From positions 26,368 through 90,367 of IMG/VR virus record IMGVR_UViG_3300042366_000756: DNA of 64,000 bases; one strand, 5' to 3'. The DNA is from a virus (lineage: Duplodnaviria; Caudoviricetes). Within the stretch, counting starts at the first letter, position 1. Every line of letters starts with the position of its first letter. A program made the position numbers and the translations under genes. Positions 25,616 to 34,800 of the stretch are shown here, piece by piece. A model generated the notes under the pieces. The model made no database searches, was not told where the DNA came from, and saw nothing but the letters and a program-made list of their open reading frames with translations.

Positions 25616-26761
25616 ATGTCGGAACAAAACACAAACATAGAAAAAAACTATCCAGGTTCAGGAGATGGCGCAGAGATTAACTCAGCGGGATCTTTAGTAT
25701 CGGGTGGTGTTGGTAGTGCTACTGGTCTGAATGCTGCAGGAGGATCTGTAGGTTCACAACTTGGTAACACTGCTACTGCAGGATTCGGATCAACATCTGG
25801 AGCAAATGCAGTAAACCCAACAGGTACTGCAGGAGGTATTCTTGCACCTGAACAAGCACAACGCTTTATTGATTACGTATGGGATGCAACTGTCCTTGCT
25901 AAAGATGGCCGTCGTGTCACCATGAGAGCAAACACCATGGAAATTGAAAAAGTCAACGTCGGAGAGCGTGTAATTCGTGCAGCAGCACAAGGCTCACCAA
26001 ACTACACAAACACTGGCGCTAGATTTACAAAGGTTGAACTAACAACAAAAAAGATTCGTCTTGATTGGGAAGTAGCAACTGAAGCACTTGAAGACAATAT
26101 TGAAGGCGCTGCATTGGAAGATCGTCTAGTACGATTAATGACCAACGCATTCGGTAACGATATTGAAGATCTTGCTATCAACGGTGATGGAGCAACAGGA
26201 GATTTCTTGTCCATCATGCCTGGTTTCGTAAAGCAAACTCGTGGAACAGTAGGAAATGCTGCTCACGAATATGCTGCAACAGTATCAGACAACAACTTTA
26301 CCACATCAGTAATGCAAGGCTTGCTATTAGCAATGCCTCGTAAGTACCGTGCACTTAAGAGCAATCTTAAGTTCTACGCAGGTACTGATGCTTTTGCTGG
26401 TATCGTTCGTAACAACGGTACACTAGCAGATGCTATCTCAGCAGCGTTCTCTGATCGCACTGGTAGCACACAAGGAAATCGTCAAGATTACTTGGATGGT
26501 GCTGCACAGACATTTGGTAATGCACGTGTAACTCGTGTACTAGGTGTAGATGTACTAGAAGTTCCTTACTACCCAGCAGGTTATGTTGATTTAACATTCC
26601 CTTCTAACCGTGTATGGGGCTTCCAGAGAGACATCACTGTAAACCGTGAATACAAACCAAAGAAAGACACAATTGAATACACAGTATTCGTACGATTTGG
26701 TCTTGCTTGGGAAGAACTAGATGCAGTCGCTTATGTTGACTCAGATAGTGCTGATTCCTAA
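25616..26761 (+). CDS. Major capsid protein (HK97 fold)
   Basis: SD AGGAGGTG; GGILAPEQAQRF, EALEDNIEG and AFGNDIEDLAINGDG motifs; follows the scaffold. Confidence 0.9.
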   Translation: MSEQNTNIEKNYPGSGDGAEINSAGSLVSGGVGSATGLNAAGGSVGSQLGNTATAGFGSTSGANAVNPTGTAGGILAPEQAQRFIDYVWDATVLAKDGRRVTMRANTMEIEKVNVGERVIRAAAQGSPNYTNTGARFTKVELTTKKIRLDWEVATEALEDNIEGAALEDRLVRLMTNAFGNDIEDLAINGDGATGDFLSIMPGFVKQTRGTVGNAAHEYAATVSDNNFTTSVMQGLLLAMPRKYRALKSNLKFYAGTDAFAGIVRNNGTLADAISAAFSDRTGSTQGNRQDYLDGAAQTFGNARVTRVLGVDVLEVPYYPAGYVDLTFPSNRVWGFQRDITVNREYKPKKDTIEYTVFVRFGLAWEELDAVAYVDSDSADS

Positions 26762-26780
26762 AATATAGTCATAACGTATT

Positions 26781-26812
26781 AGGGAGGGCGGCATAAAAAC
26801 CGTCCTCCTTAT
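26781..26812 (+). terminator. Intrinsic terminator after capsid gene
   Basis: AGGGAGGGCGG-loop-CCGTCCTCCTT followed by a T-rich run. Confidence 0.7.
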
Positions 26813-26823
26813 TGTTATTCTAG

Positions 26824-26832
26824 TGGTATAAT
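26824..26832 (+). promoter_or_regulatory. Extended -10 promoter
   Basis: TGGTATAAT directly after the terminator. Confidence 0.6.
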
Positions 26833-26855
26833 TACAAATGAACATGGGAGAAAAA

Positions 26856-27212
26856 ATGAATTTAACAATGGATCAATTGAAAGATAAAACAGTTATGGCA
26901 TTAAAAGCATATGCAAAGAAAAATAACATAGAATTATTTGAATCAAATACAAAACTTGAAATTTTAGAAATTTTGGCTAGTTGGATTCCGCCAGAAATAA
27001 CAGAAGAAACTGCAGAAAAAGCAGGTAAAGATAAAAATTTAACAAACAAAGTAGCCCTATATTCAGAGAGAAATATTCATATGGATGCTTTGGGAGCATT
27101 GAGCGTGGGGTATAACATAGTCTCAAAGGAGGCATCGGAAAAGTGGCTTACTCACAGGTTAGTACGAATAGCACAACCTGAAGAAGTAGCATCTTATTAC
27201 GCTAAAGTATAA
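26856..27212 (+). CDS. Hypothetical protein with Rho-N/HeH-like helical domain
   Basis: LKDKTVMALKAYAKKNNI..TKLEILE pattern; GGAG SD before ATG 26856 (alternative ATG 26838). Confidence 0.6.
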   Translation: MNLTMDQLKDKTVMALKAYAKKNNIELFESNTKLEILEILASWIPPEITEETAEKAGKDKNLTNKVALYSERNIHMDALGALSVGYNIVSKEASEKWLTHRLVRIAQPEEVASYYAKV

Positions 27213-28213
27213 TGTCAACAATTCTTCGTCTACCACCATATCCTTTAACTGTTAAGTATACAGTTCCAGATGCCAATGCCAAGTATGTCATAGTCATTGA
27301 AGATGTCGCAGAGCAGTCAGAAATTGCTTCTTATAGAACATCCAATGCCAGCAAGCAAGTTAGTTATACCTTAGATGATGATTTTATTAAATATGATAAA
27401 TCGTATGCCCTGACAATTTATGAAGATTTGGAAGAAAGTGGCATGGTTGTAGCAGATCGTGGAGATATAGTTGTTGAAGACAATCTAGAAGTAAAGCGTC
27501 CATACGTAGACCCTACACTTTTAGCAGCAGCAAACAATCAAACATCTGCAACAGAGATTGCTAAATATGTAGAGTATGAAAACTTAGCAAGAACAATTAT
27601 TGACTCAATAACTGGCGGGTTTTACTATGAACGTGAATTCTTAGAAATTGTTGGGCAAGAAGTAGATTATATTCCACTTTGGAAAAAAGTTCATAAAATA
27701 TTAAGAGTATACGAAAATACAGAACTAGTTTATGACATATACAATCCAGACGGCCCAACAGTGGGAGATTACACATACGTAATTACTAAAGATAAAACCG
27801 CACTTACAAAAGACCCAACAGCATCAGAGGGTGCAATAAATAGAGCAGAACGACGACCATCAAGAATTCCAATCGGAACATCAGATTCTTTTTCACTTTT
27901 TGATACAGAAGACAGCGGAAATACTATGACCGTAACTCCTGGAGTAGCATTCCCAACTGGAATAGATCTTATACTATTGCTAGAAACTGGATATAAGGTA
28001 GTTCCCATTGATATTCAAGATGCTACAAAATTGTTAGTTGAAGATATTAGATGTGGAAAATTAGATTATTATAAGAGATATATTAAGAACTACAGCACTG
28101 ATCAATTTAAAATTGAATACGATAAAAGAATGATTGAGGGTACTGGAAATATTATTGTAGACAAAATTTTGTCTAAATATATTAATAATATTGTTCGTCC
28201 TGGAGTATTGTAA
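27212..28213 (+). CDS. Head-to-tail adaptor (putative)
   Basis: Position after capsid; ETGYKVVPIDIQDATKLL adaptor-like C-terminus; TAATG coupling. Confidence 0.6.
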   Translation: MSTILRLPPYPLTVKYTVPDANAKYVIVIEDVAEQSEIASYRTSNASKQVSYTLDDDFIKYDKSYALTIYEDLEESGMVVADRGDIVVEDNLEVKRPYVDPTLLAAANNQTSATEIAKYVEYENLARTIIDSITGGFYYEREFLEIVGQEVDYIPLWKKVHKILRVYENTELVYDIYNPDGPTVGDYTYVITKDKTALTKDPTASEGAINRAERRPSRIPIGTSDSFSLFDTEDSGNTMTVTPGVAFPTGIDLILLLETGYKVVPIDIQDATKLLVEDIRCGKLDYYKRYIKNYSTDQFKIEYDKRMIEGTGNIIVDKILSKYINNIVRPGVL

Positions 28214-28662
28214 TGGATGCATGCGAAGTTACAGACTTTATGTTTCCAATGAAGGCTGACATATATTTTCCAATTCTTGCACAAGGTGGATATGGCCAAC
28301 CCACAAAAAATTGGGTATACGATAGAACAATTACCTGTAATGCTACATCTGTAGGTGGGCTAGGATCAGAAGATGTTAAGCCAGACAGTTTTTTAAAATA
28401 TGAAAATAAACTTATTGCAAGAACAAAAGACGACCCAAGACTTTCTTCAAACAATGCAAATAACGCAACAACAAACATACTTATAACAAATATTAGAGAT
28501 GCATCAGATACCACTATTTACAAAGAAACAGCGGGGGCAAGATCAGGCAAAGGAACAATTTATGAAGTAGCAACAGTTGAACCTTTTACTGGACCATTTG
28601 GATACACAGAATATTATAAGATGCTATGGCGTAGGGCTGAGAATCAGACTGTCGGTGATTAG
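28213..28662 (+). CDS. Head closure/stopper (putative)
   Basis: Size and synteny between adaptor and tail genes. Confidence 0.5.
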   Translation: MDACEVTDFMFPMKADIYFPILAQGGYGQPTKNWVYDRTITCNATSVGGLGSEDVKPDSFLKYENKLIARTKDDPRLSSNNANNATTNILITNIRDASDTTIYKETAGARSGKGTIYEVATVEPFTGPFGYTEYYKMLWRRAENQTVGD

Positions 28663-29339
28663 TGATAGCGAGAACAAGCACGGCGTCTTTTACTAAACAA
28701 ATGAATAATATTGTTAACTATTCCCTTGGATTTTTAGAAGGCGTTGACCGTGGTAAAAAAATATTTTTTGATAAGTTGGGAGCAGGCGCCATTCAAGCGT
28801 TAGCACAATACATTGATGTACAGGCTAGGGCTAATCCAAAAACACTACATCATGTCTATGAGTGGAATCAAGTTAGTAGTCCAAGTGCAAGACTATTTAA
28901 CTTAGGTTACACAGTTAGTAACTTAGGGCTTTCTGTTAATTCTACATTTAAACAATCAAGAAGTGTTTCTGAAAATATGACCACTCCATTTTATAGTAAA
29001 GCAAGAATTATGGAAGAAGGAATTCCAGTAATTATTACGCCAACAAAATCTAAGGTTTTAAAATTTAATGGACCCAACGGAGAAGTATTTACAAGTAAAC
29101 CAATTAAGATTGAAAACCCAGGAGGAGACTTTGTTGTTGGTGGTTTTGAATCTGCCTTTGATGAGTTTATGACTAGATACTTTAAACAATCTTTTTTAAA
29201 AGCATCTGGAGTTTATGACTATATTAAAAAGCCAACACTATACAAGAAAAACTTTAAGGCTGGCTCAGTGGCGGGTAGAAGTAAGGGAATTAACACAGGG
29301 TTTAAATGGATAACTAATGCAACAATTGGAGTAGAATAA
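28662..29339 (+). CDS. Neck/tail completion protein (putative)
   Basis: Synteny; GTG start overlapping the upstream stop. Confidence 0.45.
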   Translation: MIARTSTASFTKQMNNIVNYSLGFLEGVDRGKKIFFDKLGAGAIQALAQYIDVQARANPKTLHHVYEWNQVSSPSARLFNLGYTVSNLGLSVNSTFKQSRSVSENMTTPFYSKARIMEEGIPVIITPTKSKVLKFNGPNGEVFTSKPIKIENPGGDFVVGGFESAFDEFMTRYFKQSFLKASGVYDYIKKPTLYKKNFKAGSVAGRSKGINTGFKWITNATIGVE

Positions 29340-29343
29340 GACT

Positions 29344-29910
29344 ATGGCTATATTAACTGATACTGGATTTCCACCAACTTTCTTAAACAGATATATTTTA
29401 TCTGAGTTGCAACACTATGAACTTATAGCAGAGTCAGAAGGCCTAAGTCCAATGATTCCAGCACAGTTTCCAACAAACATTGAAGACTTGTATAACGATA
29501 GTATTCAAATTAGACAAACAGAAAGTCCTATCTTAATTGTTTACGATAGATTGATGAGATTTAGGCCTACTCCATTTTATTTACAAAAAAGAGAGCAATT
29601 GATATATTTTATTTATTCTACAGATGTTGGTAAGTTAATAGACACTGTTCGTGTTATATCCAGTGCCCTTGATCGTGAAGACTCATCTGCAGAGGATGTA
29701 AATAAATATAATATTAATAACCCTATACTAGATGATAATGCAGATATTTCTACCCCTTTTAATATTATGTTTCATAGCACAAGGGTATACCAGGCAGACG
29801 AAAGCAGGGACGTAGCAGAACTAGCCTCAGCAAGAACCCTCTTTGTAAACAAGTTAATTGTTGAATATGACTATCATGTTGCGGTTGACTCAGATTCTAG
29901 GTATACATAA
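29344..29910 (+). CDS. Tail terminator (putative)
   Basis: Immediately upstream of the tail tube gene. Confidence 0.45.
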   Translation: MAILTDTGFPPTFLNRYILSELQHYELIAESEGLSPMIPAQFPTNIEDLYNDSIQIRQTESPILIVYDRLMRFRPTPFYLQKREQLIYFIYSTDVGKLIDTVRVISSALDREDSSAEDVNKYNINNPILDDNADISTPFNIMFHSTRVYQADESRDVAELASARTLFVNKLIVEYDYHVAVDSDSRYT

Positions 29911-29914
29911 AAAG

Positions 29915-29923
29915 CGGTATAAT
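29915..29923 (+). promoter_or_regulatory. -10 promoter for tail tube gene
   Basis: CGGTATAAT at the start of the intergenic region. Confidence 0.5.
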
Positions 29924-29984
29924 TGGTTTTAGAGGAAACACGCCAAACAACTTAATAAATACTTTATGAAAGAGGTGAAATAAT

Positions 29985-30626
29985 ATGCCATATAGCCGTG
30001 GTACGTCAAATAACATTATCGTAGGTGCAGCAGCATTCTTCATTAATGATAATACTTTGACTCCAACAACTTTAGGATCACTAGCAGTAATTGATTCAAG
30101 TGAGTCTTATAAAGACACACTTACATCCGCTGCTTCCTATACAAACGTTGGTTACACAATGAACGGTCTTGAATTACAGTTCCAACCAGACTTCGGTGAA
30201 GTTCAGGTAGATCAAATTCTTGACGTTGCAAGACTATACAAGCAAGGTATGCAGGTAAATCTTGCTACCGCTTTTGCTGAAGCAACCCTAGAAAACTTGC
30301 TCGTAGCATTAGCATACTCTGATGACAAAGTTACAGGAAACAAAAATGCATCTACAGGTCAAACACTTAACCTGAGTGCAGGAGACATTGGAGATGTTCC
30401 AGTAGAACGAGGAATCGTTGCTGTTGGTCCAGGATCTGGTGACCCAGCAACATTTGCGGATAAAGAACGTATCTACGCAGCATACCGTGCTCTTTCAATT
30501 GAGAACGTAACTGTGTCAGCAAAGCGTGACGAACCGTCAATGTTTGAAGTTTCATTCCGTCTTCTTCCTGAAGATACATCAGGTTCCTATGGTAAGATCA
30601 TTGATCGTACCTATGGACAATCATAA
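29985..30626 (+). CDS. Major tail (tube) protein
   Basis: SD GAGGTG; VGYTMNGLELQFQPDFGEVQVDQ..AFAEATLENL..FEVSFRLLP; followed by a terminator. Confidence 0.8.
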   Translation: MPYSRGTSNNIIVGAAAFFINDNTLTPTTLGSLAVIDSSESYKDTLTSAASYTNVGYTMNGLELQFQPDFGEVQVDQILDVARLYKQGMQVNLATAFAEATLENLLVALAYSDDKVTGNKNASTGQTLNLSAGDIGDVPVERGIVAVGPGSGDPATFADKERIYAAYRALSIENVTVSAKRDEPSMFEVSFRLLPEDTSGSYGKIIDRTYGQS

Positions 30627-30648
30627 TCTAAACTTAGATTAACTCAAG

Positions 30649-30675
30649 ACCCACCTTTAATTAGGTGGGTTTTTT
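30649..30675 (+). terminator. Intrinsic terminator
   Basis: ACCCACCT-TTAATT-AGGTGGGT followed by TTTTT. Confidence 0.85.
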
Positions 30676-30685
30676 GTTTTGCCTG

Positions 30686-30694
30686 TGATAGAAT
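30686..30694 (+). promoter_or_regulatory. Extended -10 promoter (near-leaderless start)
   Basis: TGATAGAAT, 9 nt before ATG 30704. Confidence 0.55.
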
Positions 30695-30703
30695 AGAAAG
30701 ATT

Positions 30704-31399
30704 ATGGCAACAACCGTTTATAAAAATAAAATAATTAAACTCATTGATGGTACAGAACTGGAGATTGTTCCATTAAAAATAAAATATTTACGTGAGTTTA
30801 TGGATGCATTTGAGGATGTTAAAACTGCCAAAAATGATGATGAAGCAATAGATTTTTTAGTTGAGTGTGTAAGAATTACAATGAAACAATATTATCCAGG
30901 AATAAATTTAACAAAATCTGATGTAGAGGATAGTCTTGATTTGCCAACTATATACACAGTATTAGATGTTTCTGCGGGTATAAAAATTAATCAAAAATCT
31001 GAAGAAACAGTAAAAGATCAAGCAACAGAAAGTGGTTCAACCTGGTCAGAATTGGATCTAGCCAAGATTGAGTCTGAAGTATTTTTATTGGGTATATGGA
31101 AAGATTACAGAGAATTAGAAGAGTCTTTATCTATGCCAGAATTAATTGCAACCCTTTCAAGTCGTAGAGAACTTGACTATCAAGAAAAGAAATTTTTGGC
31201 TGCAATTCAGGGGGTAGATTTAGATGCTCAGTCTGGAGAATCAAAGGGGCAAAAAGAATGGGAAGATATGAAGGCTAGAGTTTTTAGTAAGGGCAAGACT
31301 GGTGATGGGAAAGACATATTAGCACTTCAAGGACAAAATGCTGTAAAAGCAGGGTTTGGCATTGGTTACGGCCTTGATTACGAAGATTTAACAAAATAA
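30704..31399 (+). CDS. Tail assembly chaperone, long (GT-like) form
   Basis: The first ~95 aa are paralogous to the 109-aa gene downstream, followed by a T-like extension (EVFLLGIWKDYRELEESLSMPEL). Confidence 0.7.
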   Translation: MATTVYKNKIIKLIDGTELEIVPLKIKYLREFMDAFEDVKTAKNDDEAIDFLVECVRITMKQYYPGINLTKSDVEDSLDLPTIYTVLDVSAGIKINQKSEETVKDQATESGSTWSELDLAKIESEVFLLGIWKDYRELEESLSMPELIATLSSRRELDYQEKKFLAAIQGVDLDAQSGESKGQKEWEDMKARVFSKGKTGDGKDILALQGQNAVKAGFGIGYGLDYEDLTK

Positions 31400-31423
31400 A
31401 ATAATAAAAAATAAGTTTCAACA

Positions 31424-31432
31424 TGCTATAAT
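31424..31432 (+). promoter_or_regulatory. Extended -10 promoter
   Basis: TGCTATAAT upstream of the AGGAGG SD. Confidence 0.6.
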
Positions 31433-31456
31433 TAACATAACCTATAGGAGGAAATA

Positions 31457-31786
31457 ATGGCAACAACTACGTATGAGGAAACTACTCTTACATTAATTGA
31501 TGGCACAAAGGTTACAGTACGTCCTCTAAAAATTTCTCTACTTCGTCCGTTTATGAAGAAGTTTGAGGGTGTGGGAGCAGTGGCGGAAGATAATGGCAAG
31601 TCTATGGACATTCTTATGGAGTGTGTGCAGATTGCAATGAAACAATACAAGCCAGAACTCTCTGAAGACGTAAAAAAACTAGAGGAGAATATTGATCTCC
31701 CAACAGTTTACAAGATCGTAGAAGCAGCATCAGGTATTAAACTTGCTGAAGTTTCAGACGTTCTTGGCGTAACTATGGCTGAATAA
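31457..31786 (+). CDS. Tail assembly chaperone, short (G-like) form
   Basis: Directly upstream of the tape measure gene; strong SD AGGAGG. Confidence 0.75.
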   Translation: MATTTYEETTLTLIDGTKVTVRPLKISLLRPFMKKFEGVGAVAEDNGKSMDILMECVQIAMKQYKPELSEDVKKLEENIDLPTVYKIVEAASGIKLAEVSDVLGVTMAE

Positions 31787-31808
31787 TTTAAAAGAGGTGT
31801 GAGACTAA

Positions 31809-34800
31809 ATGGCTGATGTTAATGCTAATATTGGTATTAATATTGATTCCTCTAATGCATTAACACAGTTAAAAGCATTACAGCGTCAAATATCTCAGTT
31901 TCACACCTCAATATCTAGATCAAGTGAAGCAGCAGCCCTTGCACAACGGGGATTACAAAAGAATCTTTTAAATAGCATAAATTCTATTGGCGCATTCTCT
32001 GCTGAAATGCGTACAGTCAAAACATCTGCAGAATCATTTACCAATTCATTAGAAAAAAATAAATTTTCAATGCGGGAATACTTCCGCTATGCGGGAGCAT
32101 CTACAAAAACATTTGGCAGACTATTTAAATCAGAGTTTGACACAATTGGTAAGGTATCAGAAGAACGTGTAAAAACATTACAAACCCAATACATTAAAAT
32201 GGGTCGCAATGTTAACGGGGTAATGGAAGCAATTGCTATTAGACCTACTAGCCTTAACATGCAAGACTATGGCACAAAAACAGCAATAGCAGCACAAAAA
32301 CAAGCATTATTTAATCAGTTAATGAAACAAGGATCTACCAATCTATTAAACTTTGGTAAGAATACACAATGGGCTGGACGTCAATTAATGGTTGGTTTTA
32401 CGCTTCCACTTATGGCTGTAGGAACAGCAGCAGCAAAAGCATTTATGGATATGGAAGCGCAAGCAATTAGATTTAAAAAAGTTTATGGAGATTTATTTAC
32501 TCCACAAGAAGAAACACAGGCAGCGCTAGATAACATTACAGAACTTGGAAAACAGTTTACAAAGTATGGAGTAGCAGTATCTACTACCGTTGGTTTAGCA
32601 GCAGAAGCAGCAGCAGCAGGTTTTCAAGGTTTAGATTTACAACGTCAAACAACAGAAGCAACACGTCTTTCTATTCTTGGTCAAGTTGATAGTCAAAAGG
32701 CTCTTGAAACAACCATTTCATTGCAAAATGCTTTTGGTATGTCATCCGAAAAACTTGCAGAATCAATTGATTTTCTTAACGCAGTAGAAAACCAAACAGT
32801 TGTATCTCTTGATGATATTACTACTGCAATTCCAAAGGTAGCGCCAGTTATTCAGCAACTAGGCGGAGATGTAAAAGATTTAACATTCTTTATGGCTGCT
32901 ATGAAAGAGGGTGGCATCAATGCATCCGAAGGTGCAAACGCACTTAAGTCTGGCCTTGCAGCATTAATTAATCCAACAACAAAAGCAAGTGCAATGCTTG
33001 CTAGTTTTGGAATTAATGCAGATGCTATTGTTGAAAAAAATAAGGGAAATCTTAAAGCAACAGTATTAGAGTTTGCAACAGCACTCAACCAACTAGATCC
33101 ACTTAATCGTGCTAGAGCAATTGAACAAATGTTTGGTAAGTTTCAGTTTGCTCGTTTGTCAACATTATTTGCTAACGTAGCCAAAGATGGAAATCAGGCT
33201 GCTCGTGTTCTTGATTTAGCAAATTCTTCTGTTGAAGATCTTGCATCTTTGTCTGAAAAAGAATTAGGTATGACTGCAGAATCTTCAATGAATAAATTTA
33301 AAAAGTCAGTTGAAGATCTTAAGGTTGCCCTTGTTCCAGTCGGTCAAGCATTTTTAGAAGCAGCAACACCAATTGTAGAATTTGTTGGAAATATATTAGA
33401 AAAATTTGCTAACCTTTCATCTGGAACCAAAAGACTTATTACTTTACTAACAATCGGCATTGGAGCCATTGGTCCAGTATTGCTTATGACGTTTGGTTTG
33501 CTTGCAAATGGTGTAGCAAACATTATTAAATTGTTCTTAACACTTCGTGGCGGGTATCAAAGATTAACTGGTCAATCACAAATGCTAGCAGAGCAAACAC
33601 AGTATATGACCATGGAGCAACTAGATGCTGCAGCAGCAGCCCACTCTCTTAATCAAACACATGCAAATTTAACACAAACATTTACTGCTGAAGTAACTCA
33701 AATAAATAAACTTATAGCAGCATATAACTCAGCAGCAGGAGCAGCAAGAAACTTCTCAATGAATAATCCTGGAATGATGATGCCAGGAAGAATTGCTAAA
33801 AAGTTTGCACAAGGAGGAATGATCTCAGGTCCTGGAGGACCAACCTCTGACTCAATTCCAGTAATGGCATCTAATGGAGAAGCAATCATTTCTGCAAAAA
33901 CAGTCAAAAAGTATCCTGGAATAATTGATGGATTAATTTCTGGAAATATACCTGGATTTAAACGAACTGGAATTGTTGGAAGAACAATAGGAACAGCAGT
34001 GGATGTACCTGGAGGTTTTGCTGCTGCACACTTTGGTGGAAGCAATGAAGCAACAGGAGCACAACTTATTGAAATAAGTAAAGAAGCAACTCAATCTGTT
34101 CAGAATGCAATTTTACAGATGGTTAATTCTTTTGACGATGGAATGCAAAAAAGATTTACGGCATTTACTAATGAAGTTATTGGAACATCAACTGAATTAA
34201 ACAGAGCAGTTGGAAAACAAGGAAGTGGTAAGAAAGCGTTAACCAGTTTAGCAAAAAGAGATCTTGTTGAAAGAGGTGAGTTTAGAGATATTGAACTTCA
34301 AAGACAATTAACAAATGCAGGAACCTCTGTTGAAGAGTTTAAGGTAATTAATAAAAAAATAACAGAAGAAATTAAAATTGGTTTTGACAAACTTGGAGAC
34401 ATTACAGAAGTTACTGCTGAAGATTTAGATAAATTAGTTAGTGATGCTTATAATAAAGTTGCTGAAACTGATAAAAGAGTAAAAGATGCTCAAACCAAAA
34501 TGCGTAAAGTTTCTGTGGTAACAGATCCAAGAAATGACTCACGAATTGCTGTTGGAAAAGATCCATACATAAAATCTAGAAAAAGTGGAAAATATTTTGG
34601 TGGTATGCAACAAATGGCTGGCAGTTCTAGCCTTCCTTATGAAAAAAATGCAAGATTTACAATTACAAAAGATATGGCACAAGGTCTTGGAAAAACAACA
34701 CAAGAAGCAGCAATTATTTATAATAAGTTTTCTGATGAAACAAAAAGAAGGTTAGCGGGATTAAGAACAGATTTAAATGCATTTACAAAAGAATTTACTA

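Noticed and set aside
31672-31678. A7 slippery site as the G/GT frameshift
   Set aside because: The -1 frame stops within six codons, and the T-like region is upstream in a separate gene.
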